A DNA stretch of 64,000 bases from Auanema rhodensis. Taxonomy: Eukaryota; Animalia; Nematoda. The notes beneath the pieces were generated by a model. The model searched no databases and was not told the DNA's origin. It was given only the letters and a program-made list of their open reading frames with translations. Positions within the stretch are counted from its first letter, which is position 1. The number at the start of each line of letters is the position of its first letter. Shown here piece after piece: positions 44,301 through 56,600 of the stretch. The stretch is from NCBI GenBank assembly GCA_964057225.1, contig OZ059900.1, positions 19,468,001-19,532,000 on the forward strand. The letters are read 5' to 3'. Made by a program: the position numbers and the translations under genes.

Positions 44301-47300
44301 AAAAATCGATTTAATCAATATTAGCCATAAGGGGCGTGCCCTCAGAATATGCTAATTTCCTTAATTTTCTAACCCCTGTTTTTTTGTCGTGAAAGTGGAA
44401 TTAGACGTTGTAGGAACAATTTTGAGCTAGGTTTCATTGACATTGCATGAGTTTGAACGCATGAAATCGTAAGTCAAAACCTTGTTTACAGCGAAATTTC
44501 CAAAAACTGGTTTTCCAGCATAATAAAATATTTCTCATGGGAAATACTGTGTTTTTGTATTTTTATAGTGTTCAGCATGTAAAATGCTTCATTTTAGTAT
44601 GTAACACGCTGAAATTCGTTGCATTTGACGACTCATATGAACAAAAATCGATTTAATCAATATTAGCCATAAGGGGCGTGCCCTCAGAATATGCTAATTT
44701 CCTTAATTTTCTAACCCCGGTTTTTTTGTCGTGAAAGTGGAATTAGACGTTGTAGGAACAATTTTGAGCTAGGTTTCATTGACATTGCATGAGTTTGAAC
44801 ACATGAAATCGTAAGTCAAAACCTTGTTTACAGCGAAATTTCCAAAAACTGGTTTTCCAGCATAATAAAATATTTCTCATGGGAAATACTGTGTTTTTGT
44901 ATTTTTCTAGTGTTCAGCATGTAAAATGCTTCATTTTAGTATGTAACACGCTGAAATTCGTTGCATTTGACGACTCATATGAACAAAATACGATTTAATC
45001 AATATTAGCCATAAGGGGCGTGCCCTCAGAATATGCTAATTTCCTTAATTTTCTAACCCCTGTTTTTTTGTCGTGAAAGTGGAACTAGACGTTGTACAAA
45101 CAATTTTGAGCTAGGTTTCATTGACATTGCATGAGTTTGAACACATGAAATCGTAAGTCAAAACCTTGTTTACAGCGAAATTTCCAAAAACTGGTTTTCC
45201 AGCATAATAAAATATTTCTCATGGGAAATACTGTGTTTTTGTATTTTTCTAGTGTTCAGCATGTAAAATGCTTCATTTTAGTATGTAACACGCTGAAATT
45301 CGTTGCATTTGACTACTCATATGAACAAAAATCGATTTAATCAATATTAGCCATAAGGGGCGTGCCCTCAGAATATGCTAATTTCCTTAATTTTCTAACC
45401 CCTGTTTTTTTGTCGTGAAAGTGGAACTAGACGTTGTAGGAACAATTTTGAGCTAGGTTTCATTGACATTGCATGAGTTTGAACACATGAAATCGTAAGT
45501 CAAAACCTTGTTTACAGCGAAATTTCCAAAAACTGGTTTTCCAGCATAATAAAATATTTCTCATGGGAAATACTGTGTTTTTGTATTTTTCTAGTGTTCA
45601 GCATGTGAAATGCTTCATTTTAGTATGTAACACGCTGAAATTCGTTGCATTTGACGACTCATATGAACAAAAATCGATTTAATCAATATTAGCCATAAGG
45701 GGCGTGCCCTCAGAATATGCTAATTTCCTTAATTTTCTAACCCCGGTTTTTTTGTCGTGAAAGTGGATTTAGACGTTGTAGGAACAATTTTGAGCTAGGT
45801 TTCATTGACATTGCATGAGTTTGAACACATGAAATCGTAAGTCAAAACCTTGTTTACAGCGAAATTTCCAAAAACTGGTTTTCCAGCATAATAAAATATT
45901 TCTCATGGGAAATACTGTGTTTTTGTATTTTTCTAGTGTTCAGCATGTAAAATGTTTCATTTTAGTATGTAACACGCTGAAATTCGTTGCATTTGACTAC
46001 TCATATGAACAAAAATCGATTTAATCAATATTAGCCATAAGGGGCGTGCCCTCAGAATATGCTAATTTCCTTAATTTTCTAAACCCTGTTTTTTTGTCGT
46101 GAAAGTGGAACTAGACGTTGTACAAACAATTTTGAGCTAGGTTTCATTGACATTGCATGAGTTTGAACACATGAAATCGTAAGTCAAAACCTTGTTTACA
46201 GCGAAATTTCCAAAAACTGGTTTTCCAGCATAATAAAATATTTCTCATGGGAAATACTGTGTTTTTGTATTTTTCTAGTGTTCAGCATGTGAAATGCTTC
46301 ATTTTAGTATGTAACACGCTGAAATTCGTTGCATTTGACGACTCATATGAACAAAAATCGATTTAATCAATATTAGCCATAAGGGGCGTGCCCTCAGAAT
46401 ATGCTAATTTCCTTAATTTTCTAACCCCGGTTTTTTTGTCGTGAAAGTGGATTTAGACGTTGTAGGAACAATTTTGAGCTAGGTTTCATTGACATTGCAT
46501 GAGTTTGAACACATGAAATCGTAAGTCAAAACCTTGTTTACAGCGAAATTTCCAAAAACTGGTTTTCCAGCATAATAAAATATTTCTCATGGGAAATACT
46601 GTGTTTTTGTATTTTTCTAGTGTTCAGCATGTAAAATGTTTCATTTTAGTATGTAACACGCTGAAATTCGTTGCATTTGACTACTCATATGAACAAAAAT
46701 CGATTTAATCAATATTAGCCATAAGGGGCGTGCCCTCAGAATATGCTAATTTCCTTAATTTTCTAAACCCTGTTTTTTTGTCGTGAAAGTGGAACTAGAC
46801 GTTGTACAAACAATTTTGAGCTAGGTTTCATTGACATTGCATGAGTTTGAACACATGAAATCGTAAGTCAAAACCTTGTTTACAGCGAAATTTCCAAAAA
46901 CTGGTTTTCCAGCATAATAAAATATTTCTCATGAGAAATACTGTGTTTTTGTATTTTTCTAGTGTTCAGCATGTAAAATGCTTCATTTTAGTATGTAACA
47001 CGATGAAATTCGTTGCATTTGACGACTCATATGAACAAAAATCGATTTAATCAATATTAGCCATAAGGGGCGTGCCCTCAGAATATGCTAATTTCATTAA
47101 TTTTCTAACCCCTGTTTTTTTGTCGTGAAAGTGGAACTAGACGTTGTAGGAACAATTTTGAGCTAGGTTTCATTGACATTGCATGAGTTTGAACACATGA
47201 AATCGTAAGTCAAAACCTTGTTTACAGCGAAATTTCCAAAAACTGGTTTTCCAGCATAATAAAATATTTCTCATGGGAAATACTGTGTTTTTGTATTTTT

Positions 47301-48901
47301 CTAGTGTTCAGCATGTAAAATGCTTCATTTTAGTATGTAACACGCTGAAATTCGTTGCATTTGACGACTCATATGAACAAAAATCGATTTAATCAATATT
47401 AGCCATAAGGGGCGTGCCCTCAGAATATGCTAATTTCCTTAATTTTCTAACCCCTGTTTTTTTGTCGTGAAAGTGGAACTAGACGTTGTACAAACAATTT
47501 TGAGCTAGGTTTCATTGACATTGCATGAGTTTGAACACATGAAATCGTAAGTCAAAACCTTGTTTACAGCGAAATTTCCAAAAACTGGTTTTCCAGCATA
47601 ATAAAATATTTCTCATGAGAAATACTGTGTTTTTGTATTTTTCTAGTGTTCAGCATGTAAAATGCTTCATTTTAGTATGTAACACGCTGAAATTCGTTGC
47701 ATTTGACGACTCATATGAACAAAAATCGATTTAATCAATATTAGCCATAAGGGGCGTGCCCTCAGAATATGCTAATTTCCTTAATTTTCTAACCCCTGTT
47801 TTTTTGTCGTGAAAGTGGAACTAGACGTTGTAGGAACAATTCTGAGCTAGGTTTCATTGACATTGCATGAGTTTGAACACATGAAATCGTAAGTCAAAAC
47901 CTTGTTTACAGCGAAATTTCCATAAACTGGTTTTCCAGCATAATAAAATATTTCTCATGGGAAATACTGTGTTTTTGTATTTTTCTAGTGTTCAGCATGT
48001 GAAATGCTTCATTTTAGTATGTAACACGCTGAAATTCGTTGCATTTGACGACTCATATGAACAAAAATCGATTTAATCAATATTAGCCATAAGGGGCGTG
48101 CCCTCAGAATATGCTAATTTCCTTAATTTTCTAACCCCTGTTTTTTTGTCGTGAAAGTGGAACTAGACGTTGTACGAACAATTTTGAGCTAGGTTTCATT
48201 GACATTGCATGAGTTTGAACACATGAAATCGTAAGTCAAAACCTTGTTTACAGCGAAATTTCCAAAAACTGGTTTTCCAGCATAATAAAATATTTCTCAT
48301 GAGAAATACTGTGTTTTTGTATTTTTCTAGTGTTCAGCATGTGAAATGCTTCATTTTAGTATGTAACACGCTGAAATTCGTTGCATTTGACGACTCATAT
48401 GAACAAAAATCGATTTAATCAATATTAGCCATAAGGGGCGTGCCCTCAGAATATGCTAATTTCCTTAATTTTCTAACCCCTGTTTTTTTGTCGTGAAAGT
48501 GGAACTAGACGTTGTAGGAACAATTTTGAGCTAGGTTTCATTGACATTGCATGAGTTTGAACACATGAAATCGTAAGTCAAAACCTTGTTTACAGCGAAA
48601 ATTCCAAAAACTGGTTTTCCAGCATAATAAAATATTTCTCATGGGAAATACTGTGTTTTTGTATTTTTCTAGTGTTCAGCATGTAAAATGCTTCATTTTA
48701 GTATGTAACACGCTGAAATTCGTTGCATTTGAAGACTCATATGAACAAAAATCGATTTAATCAATATTAGCCATAAGGGGCGTGCCCTCAGAATATGCTA
48801 ATTTCCTTAATTTTCTAACCCCTGTTTTTTGTCGTGAAAGTGGAACTAGACGTTGTAGGAACAATTTTGAGCTAGGTTTCATTGACATTGCATGAGTTTG
48901 A

Positions 48902-51637
48902 ACACATGAAATCGTAAGTCAAAACCTTGTTTACAGCGAAATTTCCAAAAACTGGTTTTCCAGCATAATAAAATATTTCTCATGAGAAATACTGTGTTTT
49001 TGTATTTTTCTAGTGTTCAGCATGTAAAATGCTTCATTTTAGTATGTAACACGATGAAATTCGTTGCATTTGACGACTCATATGAACAAAAATCGATTTA
49101 ATCAATATTAGCCATAAGGGGCGTGCCCTCAGAATATGCTAATTTCATTAATTTTCTAACCCCGGTTTTTTTGTCGTGAAAGTGGATTTAGACGTTGTAG
49201 GAACAATTTTGAGCTAGGTTTCATTGACATTGCATGAGTTTGAACACATGAAATCGTAAGTCAAAACCTTGTTTACAGCGAAATTTCCAAAAACTGGTTT
49301 TCCAGCATAATAAAATATTTCTCATGGGAAATACTGTGTTTTTGTATTTTTCTAGTGTTCAGCATGTAAAATGCTTCATTTTAGTATGTAACACGCTGAA
49401 ATTCGTTGCATTTGACTACTCATATGAACAAAAATCGATTTAATCAATATTAGCCATAAGGGGCGTGCCCTCAGAATATGCTAATTTCCTTAATTTTCTA
49501 ACCCCTGTTTTTTTGTCGTGAAAGTGGAACTAGACGTTGTACAAACAATTTTGAGCTAGGTTTCATTGACATTGCATGAGTTTGAACACATGAAATCGTA
49601 AGTCAAAACCTTGTTTACAGCGAAATTTCCAAAAACTGGTTTTCCAGCATAATAAAATATTTCTCATGAGAAATACTGTGTTTTTGTATTTTTCTAGTGT
49701 TCAGCATGTAAAATGCTTCATTTTAGTATGTAACACGATGAAATTCGTTGCATTTGACGACTCATATGAACAAAAATCGATTTAATCAATATTAGCCATA
49801 AGGGGCGTGCCCTCAGAATATGCTAATTTCATTAATTTTCTAACCCCTGTTTTTTTGTCGTGAAAGTGGAACTAGACGTTGTAGGAACAATTTTGAGCTA
49901 GGTTTCATTGACATTGCATGAGTTTGAACACATGAAATCGTAAGTCAAAACCTTGTTTACAGCGAAATTTCCAAAAACTGGTTTTCCAGCATAATAAAAT
50001 ATTTCTCATGGGAAATACTGTGTTTTTGTATTTTTCTAGTGTTCAGCATGTAAAATGCTTCATTTTAGTATGTAACACGCTGAAATTCGTTGCATTTGAC
50101 GACTCATATGAACAAAAATCGATTTAATCAATATTAGCCATAAGGGGCGTGCCCTCAGAATATGCTAATTTCCTTAATTTTCTAACCCCTGTTTTTTTGT
50201 CGTGAAAGTGGAACTAGACGTTGTACAAACAATTTTGAGCTAGGTTTCATTGACATTGCATGAGTTTGAACACATGAAATCGTAAGTCAAAACCTTGTTT
50301 ACAGCGAAATTTCCAAAAACTGGTTTTCCAGCATAATAAAATATTTCTCATGAGAAATACTGTGTTTTTGTATTTTTCTAGTGTTCAGCATGTAAAATGC
50401 TTCATTTTAGTATGTAACACGATGAAATTCGTTGCATTTGACGACTCATATGAACAAAAATCGATTTAATCAATATTAGCCATAAGGGGCGTGCCCTCAG
50501 AATATGCTAATTTCATTAATTTTCTAACCCCGGTTTTTTTGTCGTGAAAGTGGATTTAGACGTTGTAGGAACAATTTTGAGCTAGGTTTCATTGACATTG
50601 CATGAGTTTGAACACATGAAATCGTAAGTCAAAACCTTGTTTACAGCGAAATTTCCAAAAACTGGTTTTCCAGCATAATAAAATATTTCTCATGGGAAAT
50701 ACTGTGTTTTTGTATTTTTCTAGTGTTCAGCATGTAAAATGCTTCATTTTAGTATGTAACACGCTGAAATTCGTTGCATTTGACTACTCATATGAACAAA
50801 AATCGATTTAATCAATATTAGCCATAAGGGGCGTGCCCTCAGAATATGCTAATTTCCTTAATTTTCTAACCCCTGTTTTTTTGTCGTGAAAGTGGAACTA
50901 GACGTTGTACAAACAATTTTGAGCTAGGTTTCATTGACATTGCATGAGTTTGAACACATGAAATCGTAAGTCAAAACCTTGTTTACAGCGAAATTTCCAA
51001 AAACTGGTTTTCCAGCATAATAAAATATTTCTCATGAGAAATACTGTGTTTTTGTATTTTTCTAGTGTTCAGCATGTAAAATGCTTCATTTTAGTATGTA
51101 ACACGATGAAATTCGTTGCATTTGACGACTCATATGAACAAAAATCGATTTAATCAATATTAGCCATAAGGGGCGTGCCCTCAGAATATGCTAATTTCAT
51201 TAATTTTCTAACCCCTGTTTTTTTGTCGTGAAAGTGGAACTAGACGTTGTAGGAACAATTTTGAGCTAGGTTTCATTGACATTGCATGAGTTTGAACACA
51301 TGAAATCGTAAGTCAAAACCTTGTTTACAGCGAAATTTCCAAAAACTGGTTTTCCAGCATAATAAAATATTTCTCATGGGAAATACTGTGTTTTTGTATT
51401 TTTCTAGTGTTCAGCATGTAAAATGCTTCATTTTAGTATGTAACACGCTGAAATTCGTTGCATTTGACGACTCATATGAACAAAAATCGATTTAATCAAT
51501 ATTAGCCATAAGGGGCGTGCCCTCAGAATATGCTAATTTCCTTAATTTTCTAACCCCTGTTTTTTTGTCGTGAAAGTGGAACTAGACGTTGTACAAACAA
51601 TTTTGAGCTAGGTTTCATTGACATTGCATGAGTTTGA
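48902..51637 (+). repeat. Higher-order repeat: tandem 4-monomer (1368-bp) duplication
   Basis: Variant order is identical in 48902-50269 and 50270-51637, including the mosaic 84A-153A-246A-263G-286T-287T monomer. Confidence 0.85.
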
Positions 51638-53598
51638 ACACATGAAATCGTAAGTCAAAACCTTGTTTACAGCGAAATTTCCAAAAACTGGTTTTCCAGC
51701 ATAATAAAATATTTCTCATGAGAAATACTGTGTTTTTGTATTTTTCTAGTGTTCAGCATGTAAAATGCTTCATTTTAGTATGTAACACGCTGAAATTCGT
51801 TGCATTTGACGACTCATATGAACAAAAATCGATTTAATCAATATTAGCCATAAGGGGCGTGCCCTCAGAATATGCTAATTTCCTTAATTTTCTAACCCCT
51901 GTTTTTTTTGTCGTGAAAGTGGAACTAGACGTTGTAGGAACAATTTTGAGCTAGGTTTCATTGACATTGCATGAGTTTGAACACATGAAATCGTAAGTCA
52001 AAACCTTGTTTACAGCGAAATTTCCAAAAACTGGTTTTCCAGCATAATAAAATATTTCTCATGGGAAATACTGTGTTTTTGTATTTTTCTAGTGTTCAGC
52101 ATGTAAAATGCTTCATTTTAGTATGTAACACGCTGAAATTCGTTGCATTTGACGACTCATATGAACAAAAATCGATTTAATCAATATTAGCCATAAGGGG
52201 CGTGCCCTCAGAATATGCTAATTTCCTTAATTTTCTAACCCCTGTTTTTTTGTCGTGAAAGTGGAACTAGACGTTGTACAAACAATTTTGAGCTAGGTTT
52301 CATTGACATTGCATGAGTTTGAACACATGAAATCGTAAGTCAAAACCTTGTTTACAGCGAAATTTCCAAAAACTGGTTTTCCAGCATAATAAAATATTTC
52401 TCATGAGAAATACTGTGTTTTTGTATTTTTCTAGTGTTCAGCATGTAAAATGCTTCATTTTAGTATGTAACACGCTGAAATTCGTTGCATTTGACGACTC
52501 ATATGAACAAAAATCGATTTAATCAATATTAGCCATAAGGGGCGTGCCCTCAGAATATGCTAATTTCCTTAATTTTCTAACCCCTGTTTTTTTTGTCGTG
52601 AAAGTGGAACTAGACGTTGTAGGAACAATTTTGAGCTAGGTTTCATTGACATTGCATGAGTTTGAACACATGAAATCGTAAGTCAAAACCTTGTTTACAG
52701 CGAAATTTCCAAAAACTGGTTTTCCAGCATAATAAAATATTTCTCATGGGAAATACTGTGTTTTTGTATTTTTATAGTGTTCAGCATGTAAAATGCTTCA
52801 TTTTAGTATGTAACACGCTGAAATTCGTTGCATTTGACGACTCATATGAACAAAAATCGATTTAATCAATATTAGCCATAAGAGGCGTGCCCTCAGAATA
52901 TGCTAATTTCCTTAATTTTCTAACCCCTGTTTTTTGTCGTGAAAGTGGAACTAGACGTTGTAGGAACAATTTTGAGCTAGGTTTCATTGACATTGCATGA
53001 GTTTGAACACATGAAATCGTAAGTCAAAACCTTGTTTACAGCGAAATTTCCAAAAACTGGTTTTCCAGCATAATAAAATATTTCTCATGGGAAATACTGT
53101 GTTTTTGTATTTTTATAGTGTTCAGCATGTAAAATGCTTCATTTTAGTATGTAACACGCTGAAATTCGTTGCATTTGACGACTCATATGAACAAAAATCG
53201 ATTTAATCAATATTAGCCATAAGGGGCGTGCCCTCAGAATATGCTAATTTCCTTAATTTTCTAACCCCTGTTTTTTTGTCGTGAAAGTGGAACTAGACGT
53301 TGTAGGAACAATTTTGAGCTAGGTTTCATTGACATTGCATGAGTTTGAACACATGAAATCGTAAGTCAAAAACTTGTTTACAGCGAAATTTCCAAAAACT
53401 GGTTTTCCAGCATAATAAAATATTTCTCATGGGAAATACTGTGTTTTTGTATTTTTCTAGTGTTCAGCATGTGAAATGCTTCATTTTAGTATGTAACACG
53501 CTGAAATTCGTTGCATTTGACGACTCATATGAACAAAAATCGATTTAATCAATATTAGCCATAAGGGGCGTGCCCTCAGAATATGCTAATTTCCTAAA

Positions 53599-53639
53599 TT
53601 TTCTAACCCCTGTTTTTTTGTTTTCTAACCCCTGTTTTT
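53599..53639. other. Satellite orientation-switch (inversion) junction with a 19-bp templated direct duplication
   Basis: The forward unit stops at m272/273 (53620/53621). 53621-53639 TTTTCTAACCCCTGTTTTT is an exact copy of 53599-53617. Its last TTT (53637-53639) is also the start of the inverted arm (TTTCAGCGTG). Confidence 0.95.
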
Positions 53640-56600
53640 CAGCGTGTTACATACTAAAATGAAGCATTTTACATGCTGAACACTAGAAAAATACAAAAAC
53701 ACAGTATTTCCCATGAGAAATATTTTATTATGCTGGAAAACCAGTTTTTGGAAATTTCGCTGTAAACAAGGTTTTGACTTACGATTTCATGTGTTCAAAC
53801 TCATGCAATGTCAATGAAACCCAGCTCAAAATTGTTCGTACAACGTCTAGTTCCACTTTCACGACAAAAAAACAGGGGTTAGAAAATTAAGGAAATTAGC
53901 ATATTCTGAGGGCACGCCCCTTATGGCTAATATTGATTAAATCGATTTTTGTTCATATGAGTCGTCAAATGCAACGAATTTCAGCGTGTTACATACTAAA
54001 ATGAAGCATTTTACATGCTGAACACTAGAAAAATACAAAAACACAGTATTTCCCATGAGAAATATTTTATTATGCTGGAAAACCAGTTTTTGGAAATTTC
54101 GCTGTAAACAAGGTTTTGACTTACGATTTCATGTGTTCAAACTCATGCAATGTCAATGAAACCTAGCTCAAAATTGTTCGTACAACGTCTAGTTCCACTT
54201 TCACGACAAAAAAACAGGGGTTAGAAAATTAAGGAAATTAGCATATTCTGAGGGCACGCCCCTTATGGCTAATATTGATTAAATCGATTTTTGTTCATAT
54301 GAGTCGTCAAATGCAACGAATTTCAGCGTGTTACATACTAAAATGAAGCATTTTACATGCTGAACACTAAAAAAATACAAAAACACAGTATTTCCCATGA
54401 GAAATATTTCATTATGCTGGAAAACCAGTTTTTGGAAATTTCGCTGTAAACAAGGTTTTGACTTACGATTTCATGTGTTCAAACTCATGCAATGTCAATG
54501 AAACCTAGCTCAAAATTGTTCCTACAACGTCTAGTTCCACTTTCACGACAAAAAAACAGGGGTTAGAAAATTAAGGAAATTAGCATATTCTGAGGGCACG
54601 CCCCTTATGGCTAATATTGATTAAATCGATTTTTGTTCATATGAGTCGTCAAATGCAACGAATTTCAGCGTGTTACATACTAAAATGAAGCATTTTACAT
54701 GCTGAACACTAGAAAAATACAAAAACACAGTATTTCCCATGAGAAATATTTTATTATGCTGGAAAACCAGTTTTTGGAAATTTCGCTGTAAACAAGGTTT
54801 TGACTTACGATTTCATGTGTTCAAACTCATGCAATGTCAATGAAACCTAGCTCAAAATTGTTCGTACAACGTCTAGTTCCACTTTCACGACAAAAAAACA
54901 GGAGTTAGAAAATTAAGGAAATTAGCATATTCTGAGGGCACGCCCCTTATGGCTAATATTGATTAAATCGATTTTTGTTCATATGAGTCGTCAAATGCAA
55001 CGAATTTCAGCGTGTTACATACTAAAATGAAGCATTTTACATGCTGAACACTAGAAAAATACAAAAACACAGTAATACCCATGAGAAATATTTTATTATG
55101 CTGGAAAACCAGTTTTTGGAAATTTCGCTGTAAACAAGGTTTTGACTTACGATTTCATGTGTTCAAACTCATGCAATGTCAATGAAACCTAGCTCAAAAT
55201 TGTTAATACAATGTCTAGTTCCACTTTCACGACAAAAAAACAGGGGTTAGAAAATTAAGGAAATTAGCATATTCTGAGGGCACGCCCTTTATGGCTAATA
55301 TTGATTAAATCGATTTTTGTTCATATGAGTCGTCAAATGCAACGAATTTCAGCGTGTTACATACTAAAATGAAGCATTTTACATGCTGAACACTAGAAAA
55401 ATACAAAAACACAGTATTTCCCATGAGAAATATTTTATTATGCTGGAAAACCAGTTTTTGGAAATTTCGCTGTAAACAAGGTTTTGACTTACGATTTCAT
55501 GTGTTCAAACTCATGCAATGTCAATGAAACCTAGCTCAAAATTGTTCGTACAACGTCTAGTTCCACTTTCACGACTAAAAAACAGGGGTTAGAAAATTAA
55601 GGAAATTAGCATATTCTGAGGGCACGCCCCTTATGGCTAATATTGATTAAATCGATTTTTGTTCATATGAGTCGTCAAATGCAACGAATTTCAGCGTGTT
55701 ACATACTAAAATGAAGCATTTTACATGCTGAACACTAGAAAAATACAAAAACACAGTATTTCCCATGAGAAATATTTTATTATGCTGGAAAACCAGTTTT
55801 TGGAAATTTCGCTGTAAACAAGGTTTTGACTTACGATTTCATGTGTTCAAACTCATGCAATGTCAATGAAACCCAGCTCAAAATTGTTCGTACAACGTCT
55901 AGTTCCACTTTCACGACAAAAAAACAGGGGTTAGAAAATTAAGGAAATTAGCATATTCTGAGGGCACGCCCCTTATGGCTAATATTGATTAAATCGATTT
56001 TTGTTCATATGAGTCGTCAAATGCAACGAATTTCAGCGTGTTACATACTAAAATGAAGCATTTTACATGCTGAACACTAGAAAAATACAAAAACACAGTA
56101 TTTCCCATGAGAAATATTTTATTATGCTGGAAAACCAGTTTTTGGAAATTTCGCTGTAAACAAGGTTTTGACTTACGATTTCATGTGTTCAAACTCATGC
56201 AATGTCAATGAAACCTAGCTCAAAATTGTTCGTACAACGTCTAGTTCCACTTTCACGACAAAAAAACAGGGGTTAGAAAATTAAGGAAATTAGCATATTC
56301 TGAGGGCACGCCCCTTATGGCTAATATTGATTAAATCGATTTTTGTTCATATGAGTCGTCAAATGCAACGAATTTCAGCGTGTTACATACTAAAATGAAG
56401 CATTTTACATGCTGAACACTAGAAAAATACAAAAACACAGTATTTCCCATGAGAAATATTTCATTATGCTGGAAAACCAGTTTTTGGAAATTTCGCTGTA
56501 AACAAGGTTTTGACTTACGATTTCATGTGTTCAAACTCATGCAATGTCAATGAAACCTAGCTCAAAATTGTTCGTACAACGTCTAGTTCCACTTTCACGA

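Larger units (their letters stand above)
1..53621 (+). repeat. Tandem satellite DNA array, 342-bp monomer, forward arm (156 complete monomers plus a truncated 157th starting at 53349)
   Basis: ACACATGAAATCGTAAGTC recurs at 1, 343, 685, 1711, 3421, 6841, 10261, 17101, 23941 (exact multiples of 342). Phase shifts come only from 1-bp indels: deletions near 25733, 33780, 35150, 40960, 48830, 52930 and insertions near 51905, 52590, net -4. The array probably continues left of the window. Strand is an arbitrary convention. Confidence 0.99.

Noticed and set aside
53599-53639. 19-bp direct repeat as a transposon target-site duplication or excision footprint
   Set aside because: There is no foreign sequence, terminal repeat or element between or beside the copies, which are only 3 bp apart.
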